Shown here: positions 29,651-40,350 of the stretch, piece after piece | Layout: each line of letters opens with the position of its first letter | Numbering within the stretch: the first letter of the stretch is position 1 | Assembly (NCBI GenBank): GCA_963732365.1 | Contig: CAVSZC010000005.1 | Coordinates: 1,834,777-1,898,776 of the forward strand | Source of the DNA: an uncultured Bacteroidales bacterium | Lineage (GTDB): Bacteria; Bacteroidota; Bacteroidia; Bacteroidales; VadinHA17 | Reading direction: 5' to 3' | DNA: 64,000 nucleotides | Notes under the pieces: generated by a model | The model's database searches: none | Told to the model about the DNA's origin: nothing | What the model saw: only the letters and a program-made list of their open reading frames with translations | Translations under genes and position numbers: made by a program

Positions 29651-31072
29651 TCATCCGTCCGACAGTTTCTTTATCATTCCCCCGAAGACAATGGCATGAA
29701 AAGGAAGGATAGAATACCAGTACATTCTCCCCCACAATCCGAGTGGCCTGAATGTTGCGGTCTGGTAAAGCATGTTGTTTTCGATCCGGAATTCGAGCCA
29801 TGCTTCTCCGGGGAGTTTCATCTCAGCATAAAGCAGAAGCCTCTTCTCTTTCCTGTCGGCATAGATCACCCTCCAGAAGTCAAGCGCATCGCCCGGCGAG
29901 ATGTCGCTGCTGTTTCTTCTTCCCCTGCGAAGGCCGACACCTCCTGAGAGTTTATCGAGGAAACCGCGCAAACCCCATAGCCAGTTGGCATGATACCATC
30001 CATTCTTTCCGCCAATTGACCAGATCTTATTGAGCACTGCTTCCTCATCGCTTATCGGCCTTACTCTTTTATCGAACAGGCAACCGTAAACAGGAACCCT
30101 GATGAGGTCAGAGATACCTTTTTCAAGAAGGGGACCGGAGAGTGCGTCGGTCCAGCTTGAGAACACTTCCTGCTGCTCTATCCTGTCAAATGCCATGCGT
30201 ATTGAATCCTCAAAACCGATGAGATTGATGCCCAGCCTTTTATGCAGGTCATTCTCGCGGCAGATCACCTCTACCTTCATGCTGTCAACGAGGTTAACCG
30301 CCAGCTTGTAGGAGGTTGAGGTTACAAAATAGAGCCAGTACGATGACAGCCTGGGAGTCATGACAGGCACTACGAAGATACTGCGCTTCAGCTTCCTGAC
30401 TTTAGCAAACCTGAGAAGCATCTCTTTGTAAGTCAAAATATCCGGACCGCCAATATCGAAGCTTTTACCGTATGTATCTTCCTTCAACAGTACTCCGTTC
30501 AGAAATTCAATTACATTCTGTACTGCTAGGGGCTGTGACCTGGTGTTTAGCCACTTTGGGGTTATCATCACCGGCAGTTTCTCCACAAGATCACGGATTA
30601 TCTCAAAGGAAGCACTGCCTGAGCCGAGAATAATACCCGCCCTGAGCACTGTCAGATTGTATGATCCTGATGACAAAACATCCTCGACCGTCTTGCGGGA
30701 AGAGAGGTGTTTTGACAGGGAATCATTGTTTACAATTCCGCTGAGGTATATCACCTGCCTGATCTGCGTTTCATTCATCCTGTCCCTGAAGTTGAGAGCG
30801 GAGGTCCGCTCCATTGCAGCGAAGTCACCCGTTGAGGCTGACATTGAATGAATGAGATAATAGGCTGCATCTATATCGTCAGGTATATTGGCCAATGTCT
30901 CTTTATTGAGGAAATTCGCCTCTATGACTTTAAGATTGCCGGAGGCGAACCTGGTTGTGTCAAACCTCTTTCTGTCCCTGACACAGCATACTACCTCATG
31001 TCCCTCAGCCAGCAGTACTGGCAGAAGTCTCTTTGCGATATAGCCGGTAGCACCGGTAAGCAGTATTTTCAT
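29651..31072 (-). CDS. NAD(P)H-binding SDR-type protein with a C-terminal DUF2867-like domain
   Basis: MKILLTGATGYIAKRLL Rossmann start. 473 aa with a long non-SDR C-terminal half. Confidence 0.65.
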   Translation of the reverse strand: MKILLTGATGYIAKRLLPVLLAEGHEVVCCVRDRKRFDTTRFASGNLKVIEANFLNKETLANIPDDIDAAYYLIHSMSASTGDFAAMERTSALNFRDRMNETQIRQVIYLSGIVNNDSLSKHLSSRKTVEDVLSSGSYNLTVLRAGIILGSGSASFEIIRDLVEKLPVMITPKWLNTRSQPLAVQNVIEFLNGVLLKEDTYGKSFDIGGPDILTYKEMLLRFAKVRKLKRSIFVVPVMTPRLSSYWLYFVTSTSYKLAVNLVDSMKVEVICRENDLHKRLGINLIGFEDSIRMAFDRIEQQEVFSSWTDALSGPLLEKGISDLIRVPVYGCLFDKRVRPISDEEAVLNKIWSIGGKNGWYHANWLWGLRGFLDKLSGGVGLRRGRRNSSDISPGDALDFWRVIYADRKEKRLLLYAEMKLPGEAWLEFRIENNMLYQTATFRPLGLWGRMYWYSILPFHAIVFGGMIKKLSDG

Positions 31073-31120
31073 GAGTGATTTTTATATTCTGGACAGGCAG
31101 GTTTCTTTCTTTAACACCTG

Positions 31121-32041
31121 TCAGTTGCTGATGTTCACTGAAGCAAATGTTCTCGCAATGCCTTTGCTGTATTTAACTGATGAGTATCCGAATATTACGA
31201 AGATCCCTTCGCGGCTCTTGTATCTGATGCCGTATTTCTCCCTGAATTCTCCGGCACGTTTCCCGCTCTGTATCAAAGGATGGATTGCACCCAGCATGCA
31301 CGTTCCAAGGCCGAGCGATTCCCCGGCGATCATGGCGTATGTTGCGGCAACAATCGGGTCAGCCGGGTCACAATAGGGTGAACCGTAAAAGTATATTGCC
31401 AGCGGGGCGTCATAGGTGACAACATTCTCGCCCTCCTTCATCTTTGCAATAAAGATGTCAAAGCATGGTTTTACAAAACCCCTGAAGAGCTCATCATTGG
31501 CCTTTCCCCAGAAGGGCCTCATAAGGGTCAGGAACCAGTCTGAAACAAACCACCTCATCCCTTCAAGATATCTGCAGAAATCTTCAGCGAAGGCCCTGTT
31601 GGCTGCCTTGCTGCCGAAGACCAGCACATTCACGTCCGAAGGAGGAAGACCCATCGGAGCTGTCCTTGCTGCATCAAGTATCAGGCTTATCTTTTCAGCC
31701 TCCACCTCCTTGCCGGTGAACTCCCTGATGCTTCTTCTTCTCTGCAGCAGTGACAGAAGCTGACCATAGTCTGCGGCTGCTTCTATCGGAGGGAGGTCAA
31801 AGAGGTCGTCAGGTGACACGGTCCTGCCGTTCGCGCTGATGGCTCCCTCAGGACAGACAGCCATGCAGTGTCCGCATCCGATACATCCGAATGCAGGATT
31901 TTTGCCTGCCTTTGCCTTACCGTTGACGAGGATGATGCTGTAATCCTTGCAGACTGAGACACAGAGACCGCACCCGGTGCATTTCTCTTCATCTATCGTG
32001 ATTATGCCAGGCTCTGCTGTGCGTGATGTTGGGATTGCCAT
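31121..32041 (-). CDS. nitroreductase-family protein with an N-terminal 2x[4Fe-4S] ferredoxin domain
   Basis: CTGCGLCVSVC and CIGCGHCMAVCP motifs, followed by the nitroreductase-like RRRSIREF block. Confidence 0.75.
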   Translation of the reverse strand: MAIPTSRTAEPGIITIDEEKCTGCGLCVSVCKDYSIILVNGKAKAGKNPAFGCIGCGHCMAVCPEGAISANGRTVSPDDLFDLPPIEAAADYGQLLSLLQRRRSIREFTGKEVEAEKISLILDAARTAPMGLPPSDVNVLVFGSKAANRAFAEDFCRYLEGMRWFVSDWFLTLMRPFWGKANDELFRGFVKPCFDIFIAKMKEGENVVTYDAPLAIYFYGSPYCDPADPIVAATYAMIAGESLGLGTCMLGAIHPLIQSGKRAGEFREKYGIRYKSREGIFVIFGYSSVKYSKGIARTFASVNISN

Positions 32042-32125
32042 AATTGTTTACGTATAGTTACTAAAGGTATTAATTTTCTATTTTTGTTTATATCTAATTA
32101 CAATCTGTAATAAAAATCCGTGGCC

Positions 32126-33676
32126 ATGAAATTTCCCATCTTTACATTGCTTGTCTGCCTTACAGTGCTTACGCCATCATGTACTTCAGAGTATAAAAGT
32201 GGCGGATTAAAGTCTTCAGCCACAATACTCTACTGTGAGTTCATGCATGAGGTAAACAGTTTTTCGCCGGTGCCGACCACGGAGCGCGATTTTGCCGCCG
32301 ACCATCTTTTCTTCGGAGAAGAGGTAAAGAGATCAGCAATGGAAGAGAACAAGCAGCTTGCTGGATTTCTTAAGGCGGTGGAAAAGGAGGGGAGGGGCAG
32401 GGTGAATTCTATACCCGTAGTGCACGCAAAATCTATGTCAGGCGGACCGGTTGACAGCCTGTTCTATGGAAGAATTAAGGCGGCAATAGTTGAGGCTGTC
32501 AGGCAGCATGACAAGGTAGACGGCATCTACCTCTCAATGCACGGCGCCATGGGTGTGCAGGGTGTATTTGACCCCGAAGGGGATATCCTCGAGGCAATAA
32601 GGAGCATCACGGGCGATGAGGTGCACATTGCTGTAACCTTTGACCTTCATGCCAATGTTACAAAGAGAAGGGCCCACCTTGCTGATATCATTGTAGGGTA
32701 TCATACAAACCCGCACCGTGATCACTTCAGGACAGGCTACAAGGCGGGGGAACTGCTCATTAAGTCTGTCTTCGGGGATATCGAACCGGTGATGGTTGTC
32801 AATAAGATGCGCCTGTTGAAAGGGGGAGGCATGAATATTGACTTTCTCCCTCCGTTCAGACAGATATTTGCCAAGATGAAGAAGATGGAGCGTACCGATG
32901 ATGTTCTCTCAGTCTCATTTTTCCCTGTACATATCTGGATTGACGAGCCGGAACTGGGTTACAGTACGATAGCTATCACGGACGGGAAGCCTGATCTGGC
33001 CCTGGAGCTTGCTGATGAGATAGCAGAGATGGCCTGGGCAGTGCGCGATGTGCCGCAGCCGGCTGGCAACACACCGGAAGAGGCTCTTACAATTGCCCGT
33101 GACCGAAAAGTGGCCCGGAAACTGGGGACACTGGTTTTTTGTGATGTCTCCGATGCAGTTGGCACCGGAACGCCGGGTGAGAGCACCTGGATACTGAAGA
33201 CGTTGCTTGAGCAGGGAAGTGATCTTACTTCATACCTCACCATCAGAGATGAGGCGGCCGCCAATGAAGCATGGAATTTCAAGGTGGGTGATGAGGTAAG
33301 GCTGACTGTTGGAGGGAAACTTGACACGGCATACAACTCACCACTTACTTATGACGGAATAATCGAATGGAAGAATGAGACAACGTATGGAAAGACGCTT
33401 ATAATTAAACATGAAGGTATCCATCTTGTGCTGTCAGAACTGCCGATGGCATCACGCCATCCTGACGACTATAAAAGCCTCGGACTTTCACTCTGGAAGG
33501 CCGACATCGTTGTTGTAAAAAATCTTTTTCCCTTCCGTTACAATTACCTGCTTTACAACAGAAAGACTGTCAATGTGATATCGCCGGGACTGAGCAATAC
33601 AGACCCGTCAGCCCTGAATTATGTAAACATACCCCGACCCATCTATCCTCTTGATAAGATAGATACGTGGCGTTAA
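32126..33676 (+). CDS. M81-family (MlrC-like) metallopeptidase
   Basis: Lipoprotein-like signal. The GIYLSMHGAM and FDLHAN blocks are typical of MlrC/DUF1485 proteins. Confidence 0.7.
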   Translation: MKFPIFTLLVCLTVLTPSCTSEYKSGGLKSSATILYCEFMHEVNSFSPVPTTERDFAADHLFFGEEVKRSAMEENKQLAGFLKAVEKEGRGRVNSIPVVHAKSMSGGPVDSLFYGRIKAAIVEAVRQHDKVDGIYLSMHGAMGVQGVFDPEGDILEAIRSITGDEVHIAVTFDLHANVTKRRAHLADIIVGYHTNPHRDHFRTGYKAGELLIKSVFGDIEPVMVVNKMRLLKGGGMNIDFLPPFRQIFAKMKKMERTDDVLSVSFFPVHIWIDEPELGYSTIAITDGKPDLALELADEIAEMAWAVRDVPQPAGNTPEEALTIARDRKVARKLGTLVFCDVSDAVGTGTPGESTWILKTLLEQGSDLTSYLTIRDEAAANEAWNFKVGDEVRLTVGGKLDTAYNSPLTYDGIIEWKNETTYGKTLIIKHEGIHLVLSELPMASRHPDDYKSLGLSLWKADIVVVKNLFPFRYNYLLYNRKTVNVISPGLSNTDPSALNYVNIPRPIYPLDKIDTWR

Positions 33677-33694
33677 TTGAAGAGAGCGCGACGC

Positions 33695-34285
33695 TCAGAA
33701 TAAGAACGGGATGAACCTCTTGGTCCGGCTCATATAATCACTGTACTTTTCCCCGAAAAAGGCAACACATTCAGCCTCATCTGCTTTTGATGTGGGTAAC
33801 AGCAGAGCTGACGAGGCGAGGGCAATAAAGAACCCTGGTATACCGGGGTTCTTTAGCCAGATCCCCCATGTCAGGAAGAGAAGCGAAGAGTATAGCGGAT
33901 GACGTATGTACTTGAAGATACCCGTCGTAACAAGCTCAGATGTCTTTTCAAACTGAAAAAGAGCAGGATCCTCTCGTTGGTCTGCAGGTATCCCTCTTTT
34001 TCTGAGCGTTATCACACCTGTTATCACCAGGCATGCTGATACTACCAGAAACAGCCAGGAGGCAATCTGTTGCCATGAGAACGGGTCTTTAAACCAGTAG
34101 CTGTAATTCAGGGTAAAGAGCAGGATAATGCCCTCCCAGCTGAAGAACCTGTAGAATCCATGACTCCGGAAGTCAAAGAGAGCCCTGCGGGAGATAATTA
34201 TAATGGGAATGCTAAGCAGAATGAAAAGGATGATTTTGTCCATATTTCTATCCGGGTATAACGGTTTACTAAAAGGATAAATCAA
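33695..34285 (-). CDS. isoprenylcysteine carboxyl methyltransferase (ICMT/PEMT) family membrane protein
   Basis: Polytopic, with the YIRHPLYSSLLFLTWG motif. The real start may be the ATG at 34243. Confidence 0.65.
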   Translation of the reverse strand: MIYPFSKPLYPDRNMDKIILFILLSIPIIIISRRALFDFRSHGFYRFFSWEGIILLFTLNYSYWFKDPFSWQQIASWLFLVVSACLVITGVITLRKRGIPADQREDPALFQFEKTSELVTTGIFKYIRHPLYSSLLFLTWGIWLKNPGIPGFFIALASSALLLPTSKADEAECVAFFGEKYSDYMSRTKRFIPFLF

Positions 34286-34867
34286 TCAGACCAGGTCACA
34301 AGCCTCAGGCGGCATCCAGTGTGCATCCTTTCCTTCCCATTTGACGTTGCAGCCAATAGGATTTGTCTCAGCTACGGTGACAGGCTTGCCGGAGGTCAGC
34401 TCCCCGAGGACAATGTCCAGATTGTTGATTGTCATCCTTGATGTGTCACGGGGTGAGTCAACACCTCTTCCGGTGTACACGAGCTCCCTCTTCTCGTTGA
34501 ATACATAGAAATGAGGAGTCCTGAGGGCCCCGTATTTCATGGCAACCGACTGATCTTTGTCATAAAGATATTTCCACGGGAACTTGTGCTTTTTCATCCT
34601 TTCGACCATGTTCGGGAAGCTGTCTTCAGGATAGGTGTTTTCACTGTTGGAGTTAATTCCGACAAAAGTAACGCCGGCACTGCTGTATTTCTCAACAGTT
34701 GCCCGTGTGACCTCATCTGATCCGATTACATACGGACAGTGATTGCATGTAAAGAAGATCACCAGGAAAGGGTAATCTTTGAAGTCTGAGAGGCTGTATT
34801 CCCTCCCTTCTGTCGAGGGCAGCCTGAAGTCGATGGCTTTATGCCCTGGTTCAAGTGTAAAGCTCAT
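34286..34867 (-). CDS. thioredoxin-fold (redoxin/AhpC-TSA-like) protein
   Basis: [10 protein letters not shown] CxxC-type motif in a peroxiredoxin-like fold. Confidence 0.7.
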   Translation of the reverse strand: MSFTLEPGHKAIDFRLPSTEGREYSLSDFKDYPFLVIFFTCNHCPYVIGSDEVTRATVEKYSSAGVTFVGINSNSENTYPEDSFPNMVERMKKHKFPWKYLYDKDQSVAMKYGALRTPHFYVFNEKRELVYTGRGVDSPRDTSRMTINNLDIVLGELTSGKPVTVAETNPIGCNVKWEGKDAHWMPPEACDLV

Positions 34868-34917
34868 ATTCTCTGGTTTTCTGGTTATGTCTTTTTAACA
34901 ACCGCCGGGCTGCTTTG

Positions 34918-35748
34918 TTAATTTTTCATCACGTATAACATGCTTGCCACAGCTCTCTCCACCCCGCCTGAGGGTTTATTCACGACGCCCTTCTGTCCCG
35001 GGCCGCTTACATACAGTGTGGTTGACCCGCCACCGTCAAGATTGAGGGCATCAACACAATCGAGCAAGTGCGCCAACTCCCTCAGTTCAGTAAGGTTCAT
35101 GCCCTCTGCATATCCCGGCTGTCGTCCGTCGACGGCGACGAGCAGGATATCTCCTTTTGCCGTTATGGCAACGAATGATCGCGGGTGCCTCGCTGTGTTG
35201 AAAGGGATGTCTGCCAGGGTAACGTCTATATTATCGGCTATCAGCAGCGGCCCGCTGACCATTGCATAATCATCCTCAGCTGCACCGGCCTTCTCCTTAT
35301 CCCTGGTCCAGTATGTAATTTCAGCCTCCTCTCCCGTGGAAGAGAAGACCCCTGTTGCCCGGACATTAAACTCACCTTCTGCCGTTGTTGCTATTACACT
35401 GTCTTTGATGCTTATATAATGCGTATTGTACCCCTCGGCCATGTTGAAAAACGTTCCGTTTATTGCCGCCACTGCTCCGCAGCTGTCAGCAAAGGTGCTG
35501 GTCAATACGCGTCCGCCCGGCACTCCAACACAAAACTCGAAATTTGCTTTCCCAGGGTCTATCTTTAATACATAAATTGCCTGAAATGATTCAAGGTAAT
35601 TTGTCACTGCCGATTTCAGTACTACACCGGTAGCGATACGCTTATTGTCCCAGTCAATTTCTGATCGGGGATCAGAATCCTCGCACGACTGCACCATGAG
35701 CAGACAATATGCCAGAAGAAATGGTAATTTTAAATGGAAGTACCTCAT
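34918..35748 (-). CDS. phosphodiester glycosidase (NAGPA/DUF2233) family lipoprotein
   Basis: MRYFHLKLPFLLAYCLLMVQSCED lipobox. NLDGGGSTTLYV block typical of DUF2233. Start set at 35748. Confidence 0.65.
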   Translation of the reverse strand: MRYFHLKLPFLLAYCLLMVQSCEDSDPRSEIDWDNKRIATGVVLKSAVTNYLESFQAIYVLKIDPGKANFEFCVGVPGGRVLTSTFADSCGAVAAINGTFFNMAEGYNTHYISIKDSVIATTAEGEFNVRATGVFSSTGEEAEITYWTRDKEKAGAAEDDYAMVSGPLLIADNIDVTLADIPFNTARHPRSFVAITAKGDILLVAVDGRQPGYAEGMNLTELRELAHLLDCVDALNLDGGGSTTLYVSGPGQKGVVNKPSGGVERAVASMLYVMKN

Positions 35749-35756
35749 TGTCTTAT

Positions 35757-37103
35757 TTATTTGTTTCCAAGTATCTCTGCTATTGAAGCCGCCGCAGCTT
35801 CTGCGACATATTTTCTGTAAGGTCCGACCGGACATCCGACGTAAATGGCTGTCGTCTTCCCTTCCCTGAAGGTTCGCATGAGAGGCTTCTCCCAGTCAGG
35901 GTAGGGGATGGGAGCATGCATGTCATAGTCGCTGAAGATGGTATATTTCTTCATGGCATGGAATATCATCAGGTCAGTGTTCTCGGCAATAAAGTCTGTC
36001 GGTACTTCCAGTGCATAGTCATATCTTTCGGTTATCGCCTTTCTGAATGCATCCAGGGTAGAAAACTTTTTTCTGCGGGGGTCCCAGTAATGGTCAGCAT
36101 ATTCGTCATCGCTCCAGGTGAGTTGCCACTTTCCGCCCCACTCATCCATTGCCTCCCTCATCTTATCTTCAAGGGGCTGCCTGTACTCATGTGCACGTTT
36201 GTTCAGTGTGTCATGTTTGAATGGATTGCCGTGTCTCGACAATACAAGAAGCACTGAGCTGTCAGCAGGTATTTGTCTGAGCTGATCACGAACCATCTGA
36301 ACGTAGGCTTCACGCAATGCAGGCTGGTTGCCTGGCTGATCTCCAAAGATCAGTTTGGCGCGGCCGTTGACAATGCGGTGTACCCTGGGCATCGCCAGGG
36401 CATAATCTTCAAAGTCACAGAAGACCGGATTGCTGTAGCACTGGTAGATAATAGTTTCACAGCCTGCATGAAGCAACTCTTCCACAGCCTGCTTCAACGA
36501 GTTTTCGTCAATGTACCTGGCATGCCGAAATTCAACATCAGCAAAATCTTTTCTCAGCAGGGTGACAGCCTCTTCAAATACCTTTCTGCACTGAAAGGCC
36601 CAGGCGATTTTCTTTTCAGGGATCAGGCTGCCGAAATACCAGCCTGCAATCTTGGCAGCGCTCTTCTGGCAGACATCCGGAGCACCTCCCTTGCCGTCAC
36701 CCTTATAAAGGAAGTAGCCATGGTCCCAGGGATTCCTTTTCATTCCCGGCGGCCGCCATTCAACCTTGCACTCAACATATGGCTCCCCTCTCCGATTGGT
36801 AGCTGAACCGTACATATCTACCAGCTTCTGCGGCACGAATGATTCCCGCGCAAGGGGGTTTCCCGGGTCTATCAGGGCTATGCCCCTGTCAGCCAGCACA
36901 ATTCTGTGAAGAAAAAATGGGAGGGAGTAATCAAAGACATGATCCATGAAATCGATGTAGAAGCCGGGCTGATAATCTTCAGGCATTCCCAGGTCTGCCA
37001 TGATGATTCCAGGCTTACCCTTCGGACGGCGGTCGTGACCCCTGAAGAGTACCTCGTAACCGTAACGGTTACCCAATTGCCAGTGACGAAGCCATTCAAG
37101 CAT
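35757..37103 (-). CDS. divergent ferrochelatase-fold (class II chelatase-like) protein
   Basis: Blocks align in order with the HemH blocks as I recall them: GIIMADLGMP (vs GLLVMAYGTP), LLVLSRHGNPF (vs LIVSAHSLP), VPTDFIAENTDLMIF (vs VPVGFVADHLEVLYD). A roughly 130-aa insertion is present. No search was run. Confidence 0.4.
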   Translation of the reverse strand: MLEWLRHWQLGNRYGYEVLFRGHDRRPKGKPGIIMADLGMPEDYQPGFYIDFMDHVFDYSLPFFLHRIVLADRGIALIDPGNPLARESFVPQKLVDMYGSATNRRGEPYVECKVEWRPPGMKRNPWDHGYFLYKGDGKGGAPDVCQKSAAKIAGWYFGSLIPEKKIAWAFQCRKVFEEAVTLLRKDFADVEFRHARYIDENSLKQAVEELLHAGCETIIYQCYSNPVFCDFEDYALAMPRVHRIVNGRAKLIFGDQPGNQPALREAYVQMVRDQLRQIPADSSVLLVLSRHGNPFKHDTLNKRAHEYRQPLEDKMREAMDEWGGKWQLTWSDDEYADHYWDPRRKKFSTLDAFRKAITERYDYALEVPTDFIAENTDLMIFHAMKKYTIFSDYDMHAPIPYPDWEKPLMRTFREGKTTAIYVGCPVGPYRKYVAEAAAASIAEILGNK

Positions 37104-39214
37104 AGGTCTTTATCGTTACGGCGACAGTTATCCTTTCCGGCTTGTTGAATACCCTGCTCTTTCCCTGTTCCGCCGAAGGAGCGTTTGTCGCCGCCTCATA
37201 CAGGTTCCATTCATTTTCATTTATCTTTTCAAGATGAAACAATCTCTTCGGATCCTTGAGCCTCTCCCTCTGATCAGCCGTAAAGGCACCGGTCAGCCTG
37301 GCCTTCTCCCACTCCCTTATAACATCAAGGAGCTGGCCGGTTATCGGATTGCTTCTTGCGGCATTCATCCTCACAACCATGGCAAAGCCCGCATCATAGC
37401 CGGCTGACCTCGCAAGCATCCATTCCATCTCTTCCATGGTAGTGGTTGCAGTGAGCATATACCATCCCAGCATATTGGGGTAATAATTCCTTGAGAGAAA
37501 GGCCTGGTTGCTTATCCTGTATTCCTGCATGCTCTCGGTGAATCCTCCGTACCACGGCTCGCCCCAGTTGCAAACCGTGTTGATGTACCAGTAGTAGGGG
37601 AGTGAACGGCTTGTGCCGTTGACAAATTCATGGTCAAGAGTCCTGTAAAAATCTTCTGCAAAGAGGCTCTGCGCGAAATCACCTTCACCCGAAGCCTGAC
37701 ACCCCTCATAACCGTCAAAATCGAGATGGTTTATTCCTGTCTTGTTAAAGAACTCTCCAAGGCTGACTGCAATCTCTCTCTGTAATTCAATGTCAGGAAA
37801 GAAAACCTTGTAGCCGTGATCAATAAGCTTACTCACTGTGTCATTCCCCGCATGGTTTGATGCTGCAGTTCCGAAGGCACCACGCCGGCAACCGGAAAGT
37901 ATATAAGGTTCCGCACCGGAAACATCATTGTACACAATAATTTCACTCCCTATCATGACAGCATGAAGGTTGTTCTCCTTCTTCTGGCTGAAGTATTTTT
38001 CTGTTGAGACCTCAATCTCAGTATCAGTGGCAGAGATATCACGCGCCAGCAATCCGTAGCCCGTATGGGCAAGTCTCCGGTCGGGAACAGGGGATACATA
38101 CGGATCATTGGTATTGATGAAGTTGGTGAGTGTATGAACGCCAAAATTCAGCCCGGCCTGCACCGGCTTTCGCCACACACCTCCTTATCCCTTCAATTCC
38201 GCCGGGGAAGATGGCTGTGTCTAATTCATAGTGTCCCCATGTTTTGAAAGGCCCCTCATGGTAGACGGAAAAGAAGCCGCCTCTGACAGTGTAACCGATA
38301 ACTTCATCAATCTCTGACTCACGGAAATCAGAGATCAGGTAAGAGGGGCTGCGGAGGAATGCCTTTTTGGTCCAGACGCCCTTGCAGGTCGGGTAGGGCA
38401 GATCCTCTGCTATGACTATCTGTTCAATTATGTCAAGCACATCAGGTTCGTTGCAGGAGAAGAGTGCGATACCACTGCCTGTTACTGTTTCACCCTTTAT
38501 TGGTTTTACGGGTATGTCATCATGCCACATCGCATAGACCTGCCTCTCTCTGTCACGGTTGAGGGAGTATGCCTGCATGCTGCTGCCCGACCTGAAAGGC
38601 CAGGCGAGAGATCCTCTGTCTTCACTCAAACCGTTCTCATTGAAAAATCCACCGAGAGTCTTTGGGTTCAATACCAGCATGCCGATGGCAACATTGTCAT
38701 CCCTCACCACTCCAACCGCCTCGCCTATTGTTTTTGAGATTGCAGTATAAACGGGACCCCATGCCACTCCGTCTATCTTGTCGGCGGGTTCCGCCCTTAT
38801 CACATGAAAAGTTATATGAGTCTCTTTATTGGTAACCTGAACGTCAACCTGGGCGTCCGGGTTTTCAAAATCAAGACTCAGAACGCCCTTTTTCCTGCTA
38901 TATATTGCAGACGCGGGATTATGCCTGGCCCCTTCCGAGATCACAGAGAAGAAATATGAAATAGTATCAGCATTCAGATAGTTTATCCCTGTTCGTGTGT
39001 TGATAAGTTCACTTAATCTTCCGTTATCGTCAAGTGAAATCTTTACCCCCTGCGCCTCAAATGAGATCTTATCACGGCTTATGCAACCTGATATGAGCAC
39101 CAGGGTAATCAGGGCCAGAACTTTGACAAGGTGGCTCCGGCGAGTATATTTCCAATTTTCCTTCATTTTCTTACTTACTGCGATCAAACTATTCAATCCA
39201 GTTGTTCTTTTCAA
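37096..39214 (-). pseudogene. roughly 700-aa lipoprotein gene of unknown function (possibly glycosidase-like) split by a +1 frame change
   Basis: ORF 38105-39214 has a lipobox (LISGCIS). ORF 37096-38178 has no signal peptide or convincing start. The two overlap by 74 nt, with the downstream part in the +1 frame. The junction must lie near 38178-38190. Confidence 0.5.
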
Positions 39215-40350
39215 ACAGGGTGATGCCTCCGATGATTAAATTATTAAGGTCCTCAGGCGGCCTGTTAAAGAGGCCGATATAAAGGATATCCTTTTCAGGG
39301 ATTGAAACATAGAATGCCCTGAATCCACCCTGGTCACCCGTATGGTAGATGAACCTGACGCTGAAATTATTCTTTTCATCCAGGAACTGATCTTCACCTA
39401 TAAACCAGCTGTAACCGATAAACGGTTCTGCATCGGCAGCCCAGGTTTCAGGACGATAGACGGATCTTGATTCATCGGTTAATTCTCTGCCCAGGAATGC
39501 GTTATGCCGGATAGCCTTTTCATACATTGCAAGTTCAGTGACTAGAGCTCCAGACACCTCCGTTGCCAGCGGCTGCGAAAGTAGGAAACTCACCGTAGTC
39601 AGACTCTGTCCACTTTCCGTCTGCCATCTCATATGCGTGTGACACGCCTGTCTCGGGGTGAGGACCGTCGGTAATTGTGCTTGTAACCATGCCTGCAGGC
39701 CTGAAAATCCTTTCAGCAATGAAATCCTGCCACTTTTGTCCGCTGACCTGCTCTAAGATCAGCGCAAGTCCGTTGAACGCAGGATTGGAATACTCATAAT
39801 CCGAGCCCGGTTCAAAAACCAGGTTCTCTGCCTGCATCACGGGGGCCCAGTTCTCATAGTCCTTTGCAGTGATGAAATACTCCCTGTTCTCGCTCACCGG
39901 CCTGTTGTCAGGCAATCCCGATGTGTGGGTCAGCAGGTGCATCACCGTCACCCTGTCGGCTATTTCCCTGCTTTTAAAGCCGGGAAAATATTTGCTCACC
40001 GGGTCTGCGACCGACAGTTTGCCTTTCTCCTGCAGTATCAGTATCCCGTTGGCCACGAAAGTCTTTGAGACCGAGCCGAGGTTGAAGAGAGTATTCGCGG
40101 TTATCTTCACCCCGGTCACCATGTCGGCAAGGCCGAAGCACTTCAGATATGCGACGCTGTCACCCTTCATGACAAGAACCGCTCCTCCGGGCAGATGATC
40201 CTCTGCTGCAAAGGCACTATAGAGACTGTCAATTTCATGTGTAAGCCCCGGAGAGAGCACCTGTGCTGACAGCGGCCGGCCGGAGACAGCCAGTATGAAG
40301 ACCGAAACAGCAGCTATCACCCTGGCTGCAAATGTTGGAATCATAATCAT
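39189..40350 (-). pseudogene. beta-lactamase-family serine hydrolase split by a +1 frame change
   Basis: The N-terminal ORF has SxxK (GSVSKTF) and ends ...AGNGGVWSSSH*. The +1 frame continues VTELAMYEKAI..., the normal continuation of this family. The frame switch is at about 39540-39546. Confidence 0.7.

Noticed and set aside
38160-38195. AGGAGG followed by GTG (38178) as an independent ribosome-binding site and start for the 37096-38178 ORF
   Set aside because: The spacing between AGGAGG and GTG is 1 nt, too short for a Shine-Dalgarno interaction. The ORF has no signal peptide although its upstream partner is a lipoprotein. The overlap pattern is the same as in the two clearly frameshifted genes nearby.
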